A stretch of DNA of 55,462 bases, filler included, from Squatina squatina (lineage: Eukaryota): the NCBI GenBank assembly GCA_031763465.1. It is 3 parts of 3 records of this genome, joined end to end, with 100 filler letters (N's around TTAATTAATTAA, not from the genome) between each part and the next. Parts side by side here need not be neighbours in the genome. Positions count along the whole stretch, not along the records: positions 19,977 to 34,833 come from JARFOE010000189.1; positions 34,934 to 55,462 come from JARFOE010000046.1; 1 more part is not named here. One strand, 5' to 3'. Below, piece after piece: positions 23,545-34,971 of this stretch. A program made the translations under genes and the position numbers. The notes beneath the pieces are model-generated. The model was not told the origin of the DNA, did not search any database, and saw nothing but the letters and a program-made list of their open reading frames with translations. How positions within the stretch are numbered: position 1 is the first letter of the stretch; the number at the start of each line of letters is the position of its first letter.

Positions 23545-23946
23545 AAACAAAAAATGCTGGAAAAACTCAGCAGGTCAGGCAGCATCTGTGGAGAGAAAAA
23601 CAGTCAATGTTTCGGGNNNNNNNNNNNNNNNNNNNNNNNNNNNNNNNNNNNNNNNNNNNNNNNNNNNNNNNNNNNNNNNNNNNNNNNNNNNNNNNNNNNN
23701 NNNNNNNNNNNNNNNNTCATCCATTTTGTCATTTAACCTTTCCTGCCTTCCACTCTACCACCGAGCTTCCCTTTTATTCTTTCCTCTCCTCCCCCCTTTC
23801 CCTGCCTCGGTACTTGTTTAAAATCTGCTACATCTGTAACATTTTCCAGTTCTGATGAAAGCCCATCGACCTGAAATGTTAACTCTGTTTCTCTCTCCAC
23901 AGATGCTGCCTGACCTGCTGAGTATTTTTCAGTATATTTTGTTTTG
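23545..23946. mobile_element. Penelope-like element termini in inverted orientation around a gap
   Basis: CTCAGCAGGTCAGGCAGCATCTGTGGAGAGA (~23566-23596) and its reverse complement (~23891-23921); related copies at ~19725 and ~28520. Confidence 0.7.
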
Positions 23947-25526
23947 ACTTCTACCTTGTACTTGCGGGCTTTGCGAAATGCTGACATTGAGGTCGCCTCG
24001 TTAACGCTTGTAGTGAGCTCCTGGCCCAGATTGAACGTGGTGCTGATGGCAGGTGTAGATTTTCGTGCAGCCGTTATGTAATGAATCCAGAGTTTATGCC
24101 AATGTTACGGCGGCCGATCGGGAGTACCCCCGAGAAAATTCTCATTCAGTAAGTGTGATGGAAAATGTAGGTTTTTAATGCAAAATAGCAAGAATATGTA
24201 GCTACAAAAATCTTTAAAGATTTCAGAAATAAAAGAGGGAGGAAAATAGCTAGTCAAATGAAAGAATTATCGCTCACCACAGAAAAACTGGATTAGCTGA
24301 ATATGAAGTACAGTCACGTATTCTGCTCCTTTTCCAAGCATCTGATGAGTATTTGAAAAGCATACATGAGCGCCACACATCTTCCATCTGGCTCTCATGT
24401 GTATGGTATTTAACAATAGCATGATAGCTATGCCATATGCATTTCACTGTCAGGAGTCACAGAGCTAGTGCTGCCGCTAAGTAGCAACTGTTCCAGTACA
24501 GATTTTTATCATTATTCCTAATATCTGTTCTGTGTGTTAGGGATTTGTTGCACAAATAGAAATCTCTTCAAAATACTACAGTTCTATTGGTGCTTTCTCC
24601 TCTATATGAAGTGCAGATGTGATGAGATGTGATATTTGATATGAACCGTTAAATAATTTTACTCTTCCGGGCTAGGTTATTTAATTTAACACCATACTGA
24701 TCACTCACAAAACCATGGAACTATAGAAGTATACGGCACACAGAGAGGCTATTCAGCCTATCACATCTGTGCTGCTTCTTTGCTAGAGCAATCCAGAATG
24801 AATCCACTGCTCCGCATTCTCCATTCTCTGTCATCCATTGCTTCAAATGTTTATCCAATTTTCTCTGAAAAGGTGAAATGTGCTCTGCCTCATCCACTCC
24901 TTGTGGAAATTCCGTGCTCCATCAACCCTCTGCGTAAAAACATTTCTCCTAACCTTTCTCCTTGCTCTCAGTNNNNNNNNNNCTACCTAGATTCCATCGT
25001 TAAACCAATGTTCACCCTGCACACATGTAAGATAGTGTAAATGACTGATGTATAAGTCCTTACTTCAGATTAGGTTAAATGCATTTGCACATATGTGTCA
25101 GAAATGTGCCAATATATCACACCAGAACACTGGTTCAGATAAGTCAGCTGCACAGTATGTAGTGGAGGTGAGATCTCTAAATTTGACTTTACTTTGTTTA
25201 ATTTGGCCAAAGATAACATGATCTACACTCTTAAGAAAAGTTCTACCTCAACAATCCATTCATAGGATGTTCCACAGAAATTTCATCATGCACATTAATT
25301 GTCATGAGTCATGCTTCTCCAGACATTTTCTGCTCATGCCCAAGACAAAAGCCAGTGCCTCCAATGGACTGAAGTGTGACTTTATGTGAAGTGCCTTGGG
25401 ACGTTTTACTATTTTAAATTCACTATATCAGGGCAAGTTGTTGTTGTTGTTTCTGTGTAATGTAATCTTGGATAGCATGCCCAGGGCAGACATTTATCTC
25501 TGTATTATTTCTGGATTATACATAAT

Positions 25527-26240
25527 TGGCCTGAGATCGCAGCCCCTACGGGTGCGTGCAAGATGTGCACTCGCCCGTAGCGGCCCCGCAAGTTCCGGGT
25601 TTAGGGATGCGAAGCACATGCGCCTAAACTCGGAACTTGTGATCTGTCAAGATTCCTCTTGACAGATCCACTGCATCCGAAACGAAAGTGCCTCCTTGGG
25701 TGGAGAGTTGGGCCCAACTCCTGCCCAGCGAATGTCCTTCAAACCCTTACCCTGGTAAAAGCAGGCGTACAGGACTGTTTTTTTTACCAGGGTAAGAGTT
25801 TAAAAAAAAAGAAAAATATAATTTTTTCACTTATTCATATATTAATGACCCTGTCTATTCAGGTAAGTTTATATTTATTAAAAAAAGATGTTGCATAACA
25901 TATTTAATTCAATTGCATTTTAATTAATTTTAAACATGTGAGCTGTTTTTTTTCCATTTATTTAATTGGGTTTGTATGTTTTCGGAGGTATTCCCATTCA
26001 TACGTATGGTAATTTGGATTCACCATAAGTATGAATAAGAATACCCCTACCGTGATTGGTTGGGCCCGACCACGTGATCCCAGAGATGCATGCAAAGCGC
26101 ACACGTCCATGGGATACGCGGGTCTGTACGCTGGCCTGCACATAGTGTGTGAAACTCCCGGACCGCCAGGTACTTTCGTAAGTTTTTTAAAGGCTGGAGG
26201 TTTCTGCCCGCGAGAAGCGTCCGACTGCAATTTTAGGGCC
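25527..26240. mobile_element. Probable non-autonomous Harbinger-type DNA element (~714 bp)
   Basis: CpG-rich block with an AT-rich centre; imperfect TIRs TGGCCTGAGATCGCAG and CTGCAATTTTAGGGCC; AAT on both flanks. Confidence 0.45.
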
Positions 26241-26958
26241 AATATTTCCAAATACAACAGTCTGCAGCTCATACGGGTAAAAAACAAGTGACTATGTTTG
26301 ACAAGGAAAGCACCTTTAGCACTTTCCCAGTGGAAGGGAGGCACCAACTAGAAATGTCAAACTCGCCGGAGTCTGGGGATCCTGGATGGAACCTGTGTGG
26401 CCATCACTTGACAGCCCCAATGAAGAGTAAAATATACCACTCGAGAAAGGTTCAGGTGGTTTCTGACCACAGAAATGTCGTCATGCGCATTAATGCCTAT
26501 TATCTAGAAAGCACCCATAATGCTTTTTATTAGGTAGCAGTGCACAGTGTCAGCATTAGTTGAGAGATAAATGGATGACAGCTGGGGAGACCCTCTGCAG
26601 CCATGAATCAAGGCCCTAATTAGAAGTGCCTAGACTGCAGGAAACAACAGATAGACTGAGGCCCATGCAACCACACAAGTTACTTGCAAGCACACCACAG
26701 GGATGCTGAGGTACATTGTGTGGAATGTTAAGATGGCATGCGACTGTGCAGTTCATCCCAAATCATTACAACATGTAACATGCAGCACAATTACACCATC
26801 CAAAGTGAAGGGAGCATGTAGCAGGATGATGAGGACCTTATTGGAGTTACAGACCCATNNNNNNNNNNNNNNNNNNNNNNNNNNNNNNNNNNNNNNNNNN
26901 NNNNNNNNNNNNNNNNNNNNNNNNNNNNNNNNNNNNNNNNNNNNNNNNNNNNNNNNNN

Positions 26959-27773
26959 ACATCAAGCCATCATTTCCCAGACTGTCACTGACCTCTGGGG
27001 ATCTTCCCTCCACGACTGCCAACCCCATAGTCCCCCACCTTGCACAACCTGCTTCTTCCTCCTTCCCAGGATCTACAAACAGGACTGACCAGGTAGAGCC
27101 ATCGTTTTAGCCTGTTCTCAACCCACAGAACTGATTTCTTCCTATCTTGACTCTATTCTTTCTCCCCTTGTTTAGTCTCTTCCCACCTACATCTGCAACT
27201 CTTCCGACGCCCTCCACCATTTGAAAAGTTTCCAATTTCCTGGCCCCAACCGTCTCCTTTTCACCATGGACGTACAGTTCCTCTATACCTCCATTCCTCA
27301 CCAGAAATGCCTGAGGGCGATCCGCTTCTCCCTTGAACGGAGGCCCAACCAGTCCCCATCCACGACCACCCTCCTCCACCTGGCTGAACTTGTTCTTACA
27401 TTGAATAACTTGTTCTTTGATTCTATTTATTTCTTCCAAATACAAGGTGTTGGTATGGGAACTCATATGAGTCCTAGCTATGCCTGCCTTTTCATGGGAT
27501 ACGTGGAATATTCTTTATTCCAGTCCTACTCAGGTCTCCTCCCTCACTCTTTTTCCCTATATAGATGACTATATTAGTGCCGCTTCCTGCTGTCACCTCG
27601 AACTGGAAAATTTCATCAATTTTACTTCCAATTTCTACCCCTTCCTCACCTTCACGTGGTCCTCTCTGACACTTCCCTTGCCTTCTTCAACTTCTCTATC
27701 TCCATTTCTGGGGATAGGGTGTTGACCAATATCTATTATAAGCCCACTGACTCTCACAGCTACCTTGATTACA
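26959..27773 (+). mobile_element. Penelope-like retroelement RT, frameshifted
   Basis: LFTMDVQFLYTSIPH...LAELVLTLNNLFFD..FFQIQGVGMGTHMSPSYACLFMGYVE...YIDDY...TNIYYKPTDSHSYLDY. Confidence 0.9.
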
Positions 27774-29894
27774 CTTTGGATTACATTGGATATACGACAC
27801 AGAAACAGGCCATTCGGCCCAACCAGTTCCTGCTGGAGTTTATGCTCCACTCGNNNNNNNNNNNNNNNNNNNNNNNNNNNNNNNNNNNNNNNNNNNNNNN
27901 NNNNNNNNNNNNNNNNNNNNNNNNNNNNNNNNNNNNNNNNNNNNNNNNNNNNNNNNNNNNNNNNNNNNNNNNNNNNNNNNNNNNNNNNNNNNNNNNNNNN
28001 NNNNNNNNNNNNNNNNNNNNNNNNNNNNNNNNNNNNNNNNNNNNNNNNNNNNNNNNNNNNNNNNNNNNNNNNNNNNNNNNNNNNNNNNNNNNNNNNNNNN
28101 NNNNNNNNNNNNNNNNNNNNNNNNNNNNNNNNNNNNNNNNNNNNNNNNNNNNNNNNNNNNNNNNNNNNNNNNNNNNNNNNNNNNNNNNNNNNNNNNNNNN
28201 NNNNNNNNNNNNNNNNNNNNNNNNNNNNNNNNNNNNNNNNNNNNNNNNNNNNNNNNNNNNNNNNNNNNNNNNNNNNNNNNNNNNNNNNNNNNNNNNNNNN
28301 NNNNNNNNNNNNNNNNNNNNNNNNNNNNNNNNNNNNNNNNNNNNNNNNNNNNNNNNNNNNNNNNNNNNNNNNNNNNNNNNNNNNNNNNNNNNNNNNNNNN
28401 NNNNNNNNNNNNNNNNNNNNNNNNNNNNNNNNNAAAAGGGGCGTGAAAAACAGGCCTTTTGGTCCCCTTACGTTTGAAATGCAGCGTTTGAAATTGGGCC
28501 CCCCCCCCTAACTTCTTCCAGTTCTGATGAAAGATCATTGACCTGAAATGTTAACTCTGTTCCTTTCCCCACTGATGCTGCTTAACCTGCTGAGTGTTTC
28601 CAGTATTTTCTGTTGTTTTTATTTTAGGAAAACATTTTCTAAACTTCAAATCTTTCTTGCTGCTTATGCATTGTTTTCTCTCCACATATTATAGCGATGC
28701 CAGTGACTAAATGACGTAAGCATTTTCCATACCATCTTTTGGCACTTTTGGAAATGGAACCTGCCTGTGAGAATAGGGAATTCTGCTAATGCTTTAATAT
28801 GTATTTCTGATTGATGTGGATAAAGCATAATTTCATTTGATAATGATCCAATTAAAATGCAGAATTAATTACTATGAAAAATGGCATCCACAGCTGCTCA
28901 TATTAGAGTTGCTTTGGTAATATAGTCTCTGTACTTAAACATAAGACTGACAATCCAGAATAACTCTTTCAGTGATTTACAGAACCACGTATTTGTGCAA
29001 TTAGTCACTAATTGCTCCTAAAATGATAATGTAGAAAGGGCCTATTAGTTCCTGTACATCACTTTTGAGCCAAATTCATCAACATACTTCCTTGCTAATG
29101 TATTGCCTTAATGAATGCAAGAAATATAAACAGCTGTGCATTATACTGATGGTTTACTTATTAGCATATTCACTTTTACAAAAAGTTTTGATATTGTTGG
29201 CTAAGATTTTGGAGACAAAAGTACTTTGTTTTAATTATCAGAAATCAAAAATAAGTTGAGTGACACACAAGTACGGGACAAGTCAATTAACATCCAGTCT
29301 TTCGTGTAAAGGTAATTTACCTAAAGCACAATGAAAACGCTGTGTTGTCAATCATGTTTCTNNNNNNNNNNNNNNNNNNNNNNNNNNNNNNNNNNNNNNN
29401 NNNNNNNNNNNNNNNNNNNNNNNNNNNNNNNNNNNNNNNNNNNNNNNNNNNNNNNNNNNNNCTACCTCTCTTCCGTCTCTTCCCTCTGCAGTAATTCCTC
29501 TTCGAACTCCAGTTTAACACAGCCATTGACAGGCTCAGTGTAATGCCCATTTTCAGCTCTGCTTGCAACTGCAGGGGCAAACTGCTGGTAACAGGACAGC
29601 TGCTTGTGGGAGGTGTGCACCAACAGCAGTGTTGAATTGAAGGAAAACAGCAGCAAGCAAAGAGTTGCACTAACTATAATACACAATTCATCAACTCAAA
29701 ATAGCAGTCAAAATGCAAGTCTCAGAAGTATGGCAGCCTAGCTTTAACTGGTAGATTCCTTCACCAAACAGCTTGCAGGCCTTTCAGCACCCATTTAATA
29801 AAGGCACTGGGAGGCCTGCAAGCTGTTCACTGAATCAAGAGCTGGGCTACAAAACAGTACAGGGAATTCTGGCATGAAAAAAATGAAAAAAAGA

Positions 29895-30074
29895 TCACTT
29901 GCATTTATATAGCGCCTTTCACAACCTCAGGGTGTCCCAAAGTGCTTTACATCCAATGAAATATTTATTGAAGTATAGTCACTGTTGTAATGTTGGGAAA
30001 CACGGCAGCCACTTTGCACATAGCAAGGCCCCACAAACAGCAATTTGTTGGTTGAAGGATAAATGTTGACCAGG
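29895..30074 (-). mobile_element. DeuSINE-type SINE 3' half
   Basis: CTTGCATTTATATAGCGCCTTTCACAACCTCAGG...GTCACTGTTGTAATG...CAAGGCCCCACAAACAGCAA. Confidence 0.75.
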
Positions 30075-30173
30075 NNNNNNNNNNNNNNNNNNNNNNNNNN
30101 NNNNNNNNNNNNNNNNNNNNNNNNNNNNNNNNNNNNNNNNNNNNNNNNNNNNNNNNNNNNNNNNNNNNNNNNN

Positions 30174-30455
30174 NGATAGAGAGAGAGTGTTTCCACTTGT
30201 GGGGAAGAGCAAAACTAGAGGCCATCAATATAAGATAGTCACCAAGAAATCAAATTGGGAATTCAGAAGAAACTTCTTTACCCAAAGAGTGGTGAGAATG
30301 TGGGACTCGCTATCACAGGGAGTGATTGAAGTGAATAGTATAGATGCATTTAAAGGGCGGTTAAATAAGCATATGAAGGAAAAGGGAATAGAGGGTTATG
30401 CCGGTAGGAGGCTCGAGTGGAGCATGGCCTGTTTCTGTGTTGTATATCCTATGTA
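30174..30455 (+). mobile_element. CR1 LINE 3' end
   Basis: FPLVGKSKTRGHQYKI...RRNFFTQRVVRMWDSL...IDAFKGRL plus 3' UTR. Confidence 0.9.
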
Positions 30456-30622
30456 AATGTTGCTTGCGGTTTTAACTGTCATGTTTGATATTCTCATTAA
30501 TGTTGAGAATCTCACTTTGAACTGTGCCACCAAGAAATCCTCAAACCACTCAATTATAGAAACTCTTGGGATAAATAATTTCTAAGAATAATAAATTATA
30601 TGTTTTGCCTTGTCATTTACAG

Positions 30623-30735
30623 ATAAAACTATTAAATTGTGGAAGATCAGTGAAAGGGACAAACGAGCAGAAGGCTATAATTTGAAGGAAGAGGATGGAA
30701 GATTTAGGGATCCTGTCAGAATAACCACACTACGG
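30623..30735 (+). CDS. PPP2R2D: PP2A B55-delta exon (113 nt; absent from the ORF track)
   Basis: TTTACAG acceptor, CGG|GTATG donor. Peptide (D)[37 protein letters not shown]; KRAEGY is delta-like and TCERG1L linkage supports PPP2R2D. Confidence 0.9.
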
Positions 30736-32468
30736 GTATGAGACACTGATATGGTTGGTTTGAGGTGTGGTCGTCTCTGATTTGTTTGGGTATTGTCATT
30801 TGTGATAATCTTGGACTATACTTGTATATTGACTATTTACAATGGTCAAGAGAGAAAAGCTCCAGTTTGTAAGAGTTTTCTTTAAAATAAAGTATAATTG
30901 CTTATTGGACCCTTTTACACACACAAAGGAATAGATTCAACATTGAATTGATTCAGTCTGAATTGTTAAAAATTTATATTAAAAAATTGATTTGCTGTTA
31001 CATTATTTTGTTAAGACAGTCATATCAAGGTTGTACTCCTCTTTACAATCAGATCAAATGCACATATCATTCCCATATTTCATAAACCTGCTCAGACAAA
31101 TCATCTACATTTCTGTCCCATGATTAGTTTTTGAAAATAGTATTCTAATTGGTTGAATACTACGTTCAAACTGATTCAAGTGCTGTCCAAAAGGGAATGT
31201 TCTTGCTTAATGCACCAGTAAGTGATGATGTGTTTGCTAATAAAATCTGAGTTTAATTGAAATGCAGCATTTTCACCATTGCACNNNNNNNNNNNNNNNN
31301 NNNNNNNNNNNNNNNNNNNNNNNNNNNNNNNNNNNNNNNNNNNNNNNNNNNNNNNNNNNNNNNNNNNNNNNNNNNNNNNNNNNNNNNNNNNNNNNNNNNN
31401 NNNNNNNNNNNNNNNNNNNNNNNNNNNNNNNNNNNNNNNNNNNNNNNNNNNNNNNNNNNNNNNNNNNNNNNNNNNNNNNNNNNNNNNNNNNNNNNNNNNN
31501 NNNNNNNNNNNNNNNNNNNNNNNNNNNNNNNNNNNNNNNNNNNNNNNNNNNNNNNNNNNNNNNNNNNNNNNNNNNNNNNNNNNNNNNNNNNNNNNNNNNN
31601 NNNNNNNNNNNNNNNNNNNNNNNNNNNNNNNNNNNNNNNNNNNNNNNNNNNNNNNNNNNNNNNNNNNNNNNNNNNNNNNNNNNNNNNNNNNNNNNNNNNN
31701 NNNNNNNNNNNNNNNNNNNNNNNNNNNNNNNNNNNNNNNNNNNNNNNNNNNNNNNNNNNNNNNNNNNNNNNNNNNNNNNNNNNNNNNNNNNNNNNNNNNN
31801 NNNNNNNNNNNNNNNNNNNNNNNNNNNNNNNNNNNNNNNNNNNNNNNNNNNNNNNNNNNNNNNNNNNNNNNNNNNNNNNNNNNNNNNNNNNNNNNNNNNN
31901 NNNNNNNNNNNNNNNNNNNNNNNNNNNNNNNNNNNNNNNNNNNNNNNNNNNNNNNNNNNNNNNNNNNNNNNNNNNNNNNNNNNNNNNNNNNNNNNNNNNN
32001 NNNNNNNNNNNNNNNNNNNNNNNNNNNNNNNNNNNNNNNNACCCAAGTAAGTCATAAGCTTTATTTTGTAACTTACTGACTCCACCTATAAACCCAGTTA
32101 TCTCAAAGGAGGTTTGTTTTATTAGGTTGCTGATTCATACTTTTGAATTTAGATAATATGGATTAGACATGAATTAAAAAAATCATAAAGTAAGCTGAAA
32201 ATAATTGTCTTGGGATAAAACCTAAATGAGGCAAAAAGCATTATATCCTTCTCAAATTTTTGATTCTAACTACTGTAGGCTTTTCCTTATTGTATCCAGA
32301 AAAGCAGTCCCGAGCTTAGTAGAAAACACAACTTGAGGAATGCAGTGTAGTGCTAGGCAAGAACCTGGTAAATTTTTGGGTGCTTCGCAAATTCTATTCA
32401 AAGTGACTGAGTAGAAATATTTAATTATCTGTTTGAAGATAATTTTAAAAATTTATTTTACTTAATAG

Positions 32469-32646
32469 GTGCCAGTATTGAAACCTATGGACTTGATGGT
32501 AGAAGCAAGCCCCCGAAGGATATTTGCAAATGCTCATACATATCACATTAACTCCATATCAGTAAATAGTGACTATGAAACCTACCTTTCAGCAGATGAT
32601 CTTAGAATTAACCTATGGCATTTAGAAATCACTGATAGAAGTTTTA
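32469..32646 (+). CDS. PPP2R2D: PP2A B55-delta exon (178 nt)
   Basis: TAG acceptor. Peptide [59 protein letters not shown]; ends at U12-type donor GTATCCTTT. Confidence 0.95.
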
Positions 32647-34729
32647 GTATCCTTTTTTACAGTGTTCCTGTTGCAGTCTGTTGTGATGTCTGATTCTGTG
32701 TTAATCTGTATTTATCAAGTATTCCATTATCCAGACGAGCATTTCAAGTTTTTGAGATGAAGAAAATCTAACATTGTTTTTGTAATCTGTGTTCTGTGCT
32801 TGTTTCTGTGAATTTGCCATCTCACATTTTGGATCCAAGATTCAGTGCTATTTGTGGGGATTAGTAAATAGTGATGCACCTGAACATTTTTTTTTCTCTC
32901 CAATCTAAATTTCCTTTTACTAGTGTTCCCTCTCCTTCCTAAATTCTTAGTTCTTGTTTTATTAATATTAATATTGTTGCCTTTGAAGTTGAGATTTAGT
33001 CAAAATTGTGTCTGCTGTTTCCCATATTGATACCTTGTTTGAATGAAGTGTGTACATTATACTCAGCAAGATTTTTTTAGATGCTGTCTGGTTGCATGAG
33101 ATTCATTTTGTTTCATCACTAATTTATTATTTTGCGTCTGACCAGCAGTAACTCGGGTATGGTAATGTGATTTATACTACTAATTCAGAAGTTGAGACTA
33201 ATTATCTAGAGAACATGAGTTCAAATTCCACTATGGCAGTTTCGGAATTTGAATCCAGTTTTTAAAAAAGGAAAAAATCTGGAATACAATGCTGGTATCA
33301 GTAGAAGCGACCAAGTTGTCAAATTATCGTAAAAACCCAAGTGATTCCCTAACGTCCTTTTAGAGAAGGAGACCTGCCGTCCTTACCAGCATGGACTCTG
33401 ACTCCAGTCCCACACCAAGTCCTAACTGCCTTCTGACGTGACCTAGCAAGCCACTCAGTTGTNNNNNNNNNNNNNNNNNNNNNNNNNNNNNNNNNNNNNN
33501 NNNNNNNNNNNNNNNNNNNNNNNNNNNNNNNNNNNNNNNNNNNNNNNNNNNNNNNNNNNNNNTATAAAACAAAATGTTCAGAGTATAATTGACAACCCTA
33601 CTCACTGTGGCAGTTCAGTCTTTTAATGAAAAACCATAATTGGGTGAAACGGCAAGGTTTAAATGCATGTGTAAGAAGTAAGCAACAGTTGAACATCCAA
33701 ATAGTGAACCAGGATGAGTGCTTTTCAATTGGTCAGTAAAATGGAAGTGCTGTTGAAAGTGCTGAGATCTGAACCAGAAATGGACTGCAGTGAAGTAGAG
33801 TGAGACAACAGAACTTAGTCTTTGTACTTTTTGTGTTCATTTGCCCCACTGGAAATGATTCATTATGGTGATGGGTTAGAGCAGCCTATGATCTAAACAG
33901 TGGCAGAACTGCATGGCATAGCACAGGACTGCGAGTGATGCTGAAACGACTTCACTATGATGGAGAAGTAGGAAGGCTTGGCAGTATCATAGAATCATAG
34001 AACGGTTACAGCACAGAAGGAGACCATTTGGCCGTCAAGCCCGTACTGGCTTGCTGCAAGAGCACCTCAGCTAGTCCCACTCCCCCACCCTTTCCTCTTA
34101 GCCCTGCAAATTTTTTTCCATCACGTAACTATGGGAGAAGCAGTTATCTATTATGTTCCCAGTTGTAACATTCATGCATCTCCTCTCATCTAAAGACATT
34201 TTTAAAATGGAAGTTAAGCTATATTCGCTTCTGTCAAGTTTTGTTTTGTCCTTTTAGTTCGCGAGTCTGTAGTCAAAGTGAATATACTCTTCTCTCTGGA
34301 AGCATTACATACTAATGACAAATTTAAACTGATTTGTGTTATAGTAACATCTGGACTATAAGCAACACGGTATGTTGATCTTTGGAAAATCTCACTCAGT
34401 TTAATTTTTAAAAGTGGGATGGTATTGCTGAGCTTGCTTGCATGCAACACAATGTGCAGAGAAGATCAGGTTACCAACCTAAATGTTAGTGAATTCTTTA
34501 TTTCCTTTTCTTATGAGCATACTGAGTAATCATTGTGCAACTAATAATGTTCTGAGCATTAGTAATTTTGCTGCCTTCCCATCTTGCTTGCCTTTAATGT
34601 AGAAGTTTTGAAGATGCATTTCACACATCTGTACAGTTTATTAGATATATGTTTAACTTTTTAAAAGTTGTTGTACATTTAAATATTTCCTCACTTAATT
34701 AAACTTTACCTTAACAAACTTTACTAAAG
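32647..34729 (+). other. PPP2R2D: U12-type (minor spliceosome) GT-AG intron of PPP2R2D
   Basis: Donor GTATCCTTTT; branch site TTTACCTTAAC (34705-34715); no polypyrimidine tract; AAG at 34727-34729; splicing restores ...DRSF-N-IVDIKP. Confidence 0.92.
33160..33462 (+). mobile_element. SINE-like / LINE 5' end repeat
   Basis: GAGTTCAAATTCCACTATGGCAG...AAATCTGGAATA...GCTGGTATCAGTA...GAAGGAGACCTGCC; homologous to minus-strand 49870-50140. Confidence 0.65.
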
Positions 34730-34833
34730 ACATTGTAGATATTAAACCTGCCAACATGGAAGAGCTGACGGAAGTTATTACAGCAGCAGAATGTCATCCA
34801 CATCAGTGCAACGTGTTTGCCTATAGTAGCAGT
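34730..34833 (+). CDS. PPP2R2D: PP2A B55-delta exon, truncated by scaffold end
   Basis: (N)[34 protein letters not shown]. Confidence 0.95.
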
Positions 34834-34933
34834 NNNNNNNNNNNNNNNNNNNNNNNNNNNNNNNNNNNNNNNNNNNNTTAATTAATTAANNNNNNNNNNN
34901 NNNNNNNNNNNNNNNNNNNNNNNNNNNNNNNNN
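34834..34933. other. Artificial scaffold linker
   Basis: 44 N + TTAATTAATTAA + 44 N. Confidence 0.95.
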
Positions 34934-34971
34934 AACATACAACATGATCAATGATGGCGGAGTTCCTGCAG
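34934..34971 (+). CDS. CFAP77: 3' end of a CFAP77 exon
   Basis: TYNMINDGGVPA then G|GTAATG; resembles CFAP77 'LYIRGLDGGVPEA'. CFAP77 lies directly upstream of BARHL1 in human. Only 12 codons visible. Confidence 0.6.

Noticed and set aside
27854-32040. Long ORFs of 230-270 aa in the ORF track
   Set aside because: Made almost entirely of X from N gaps
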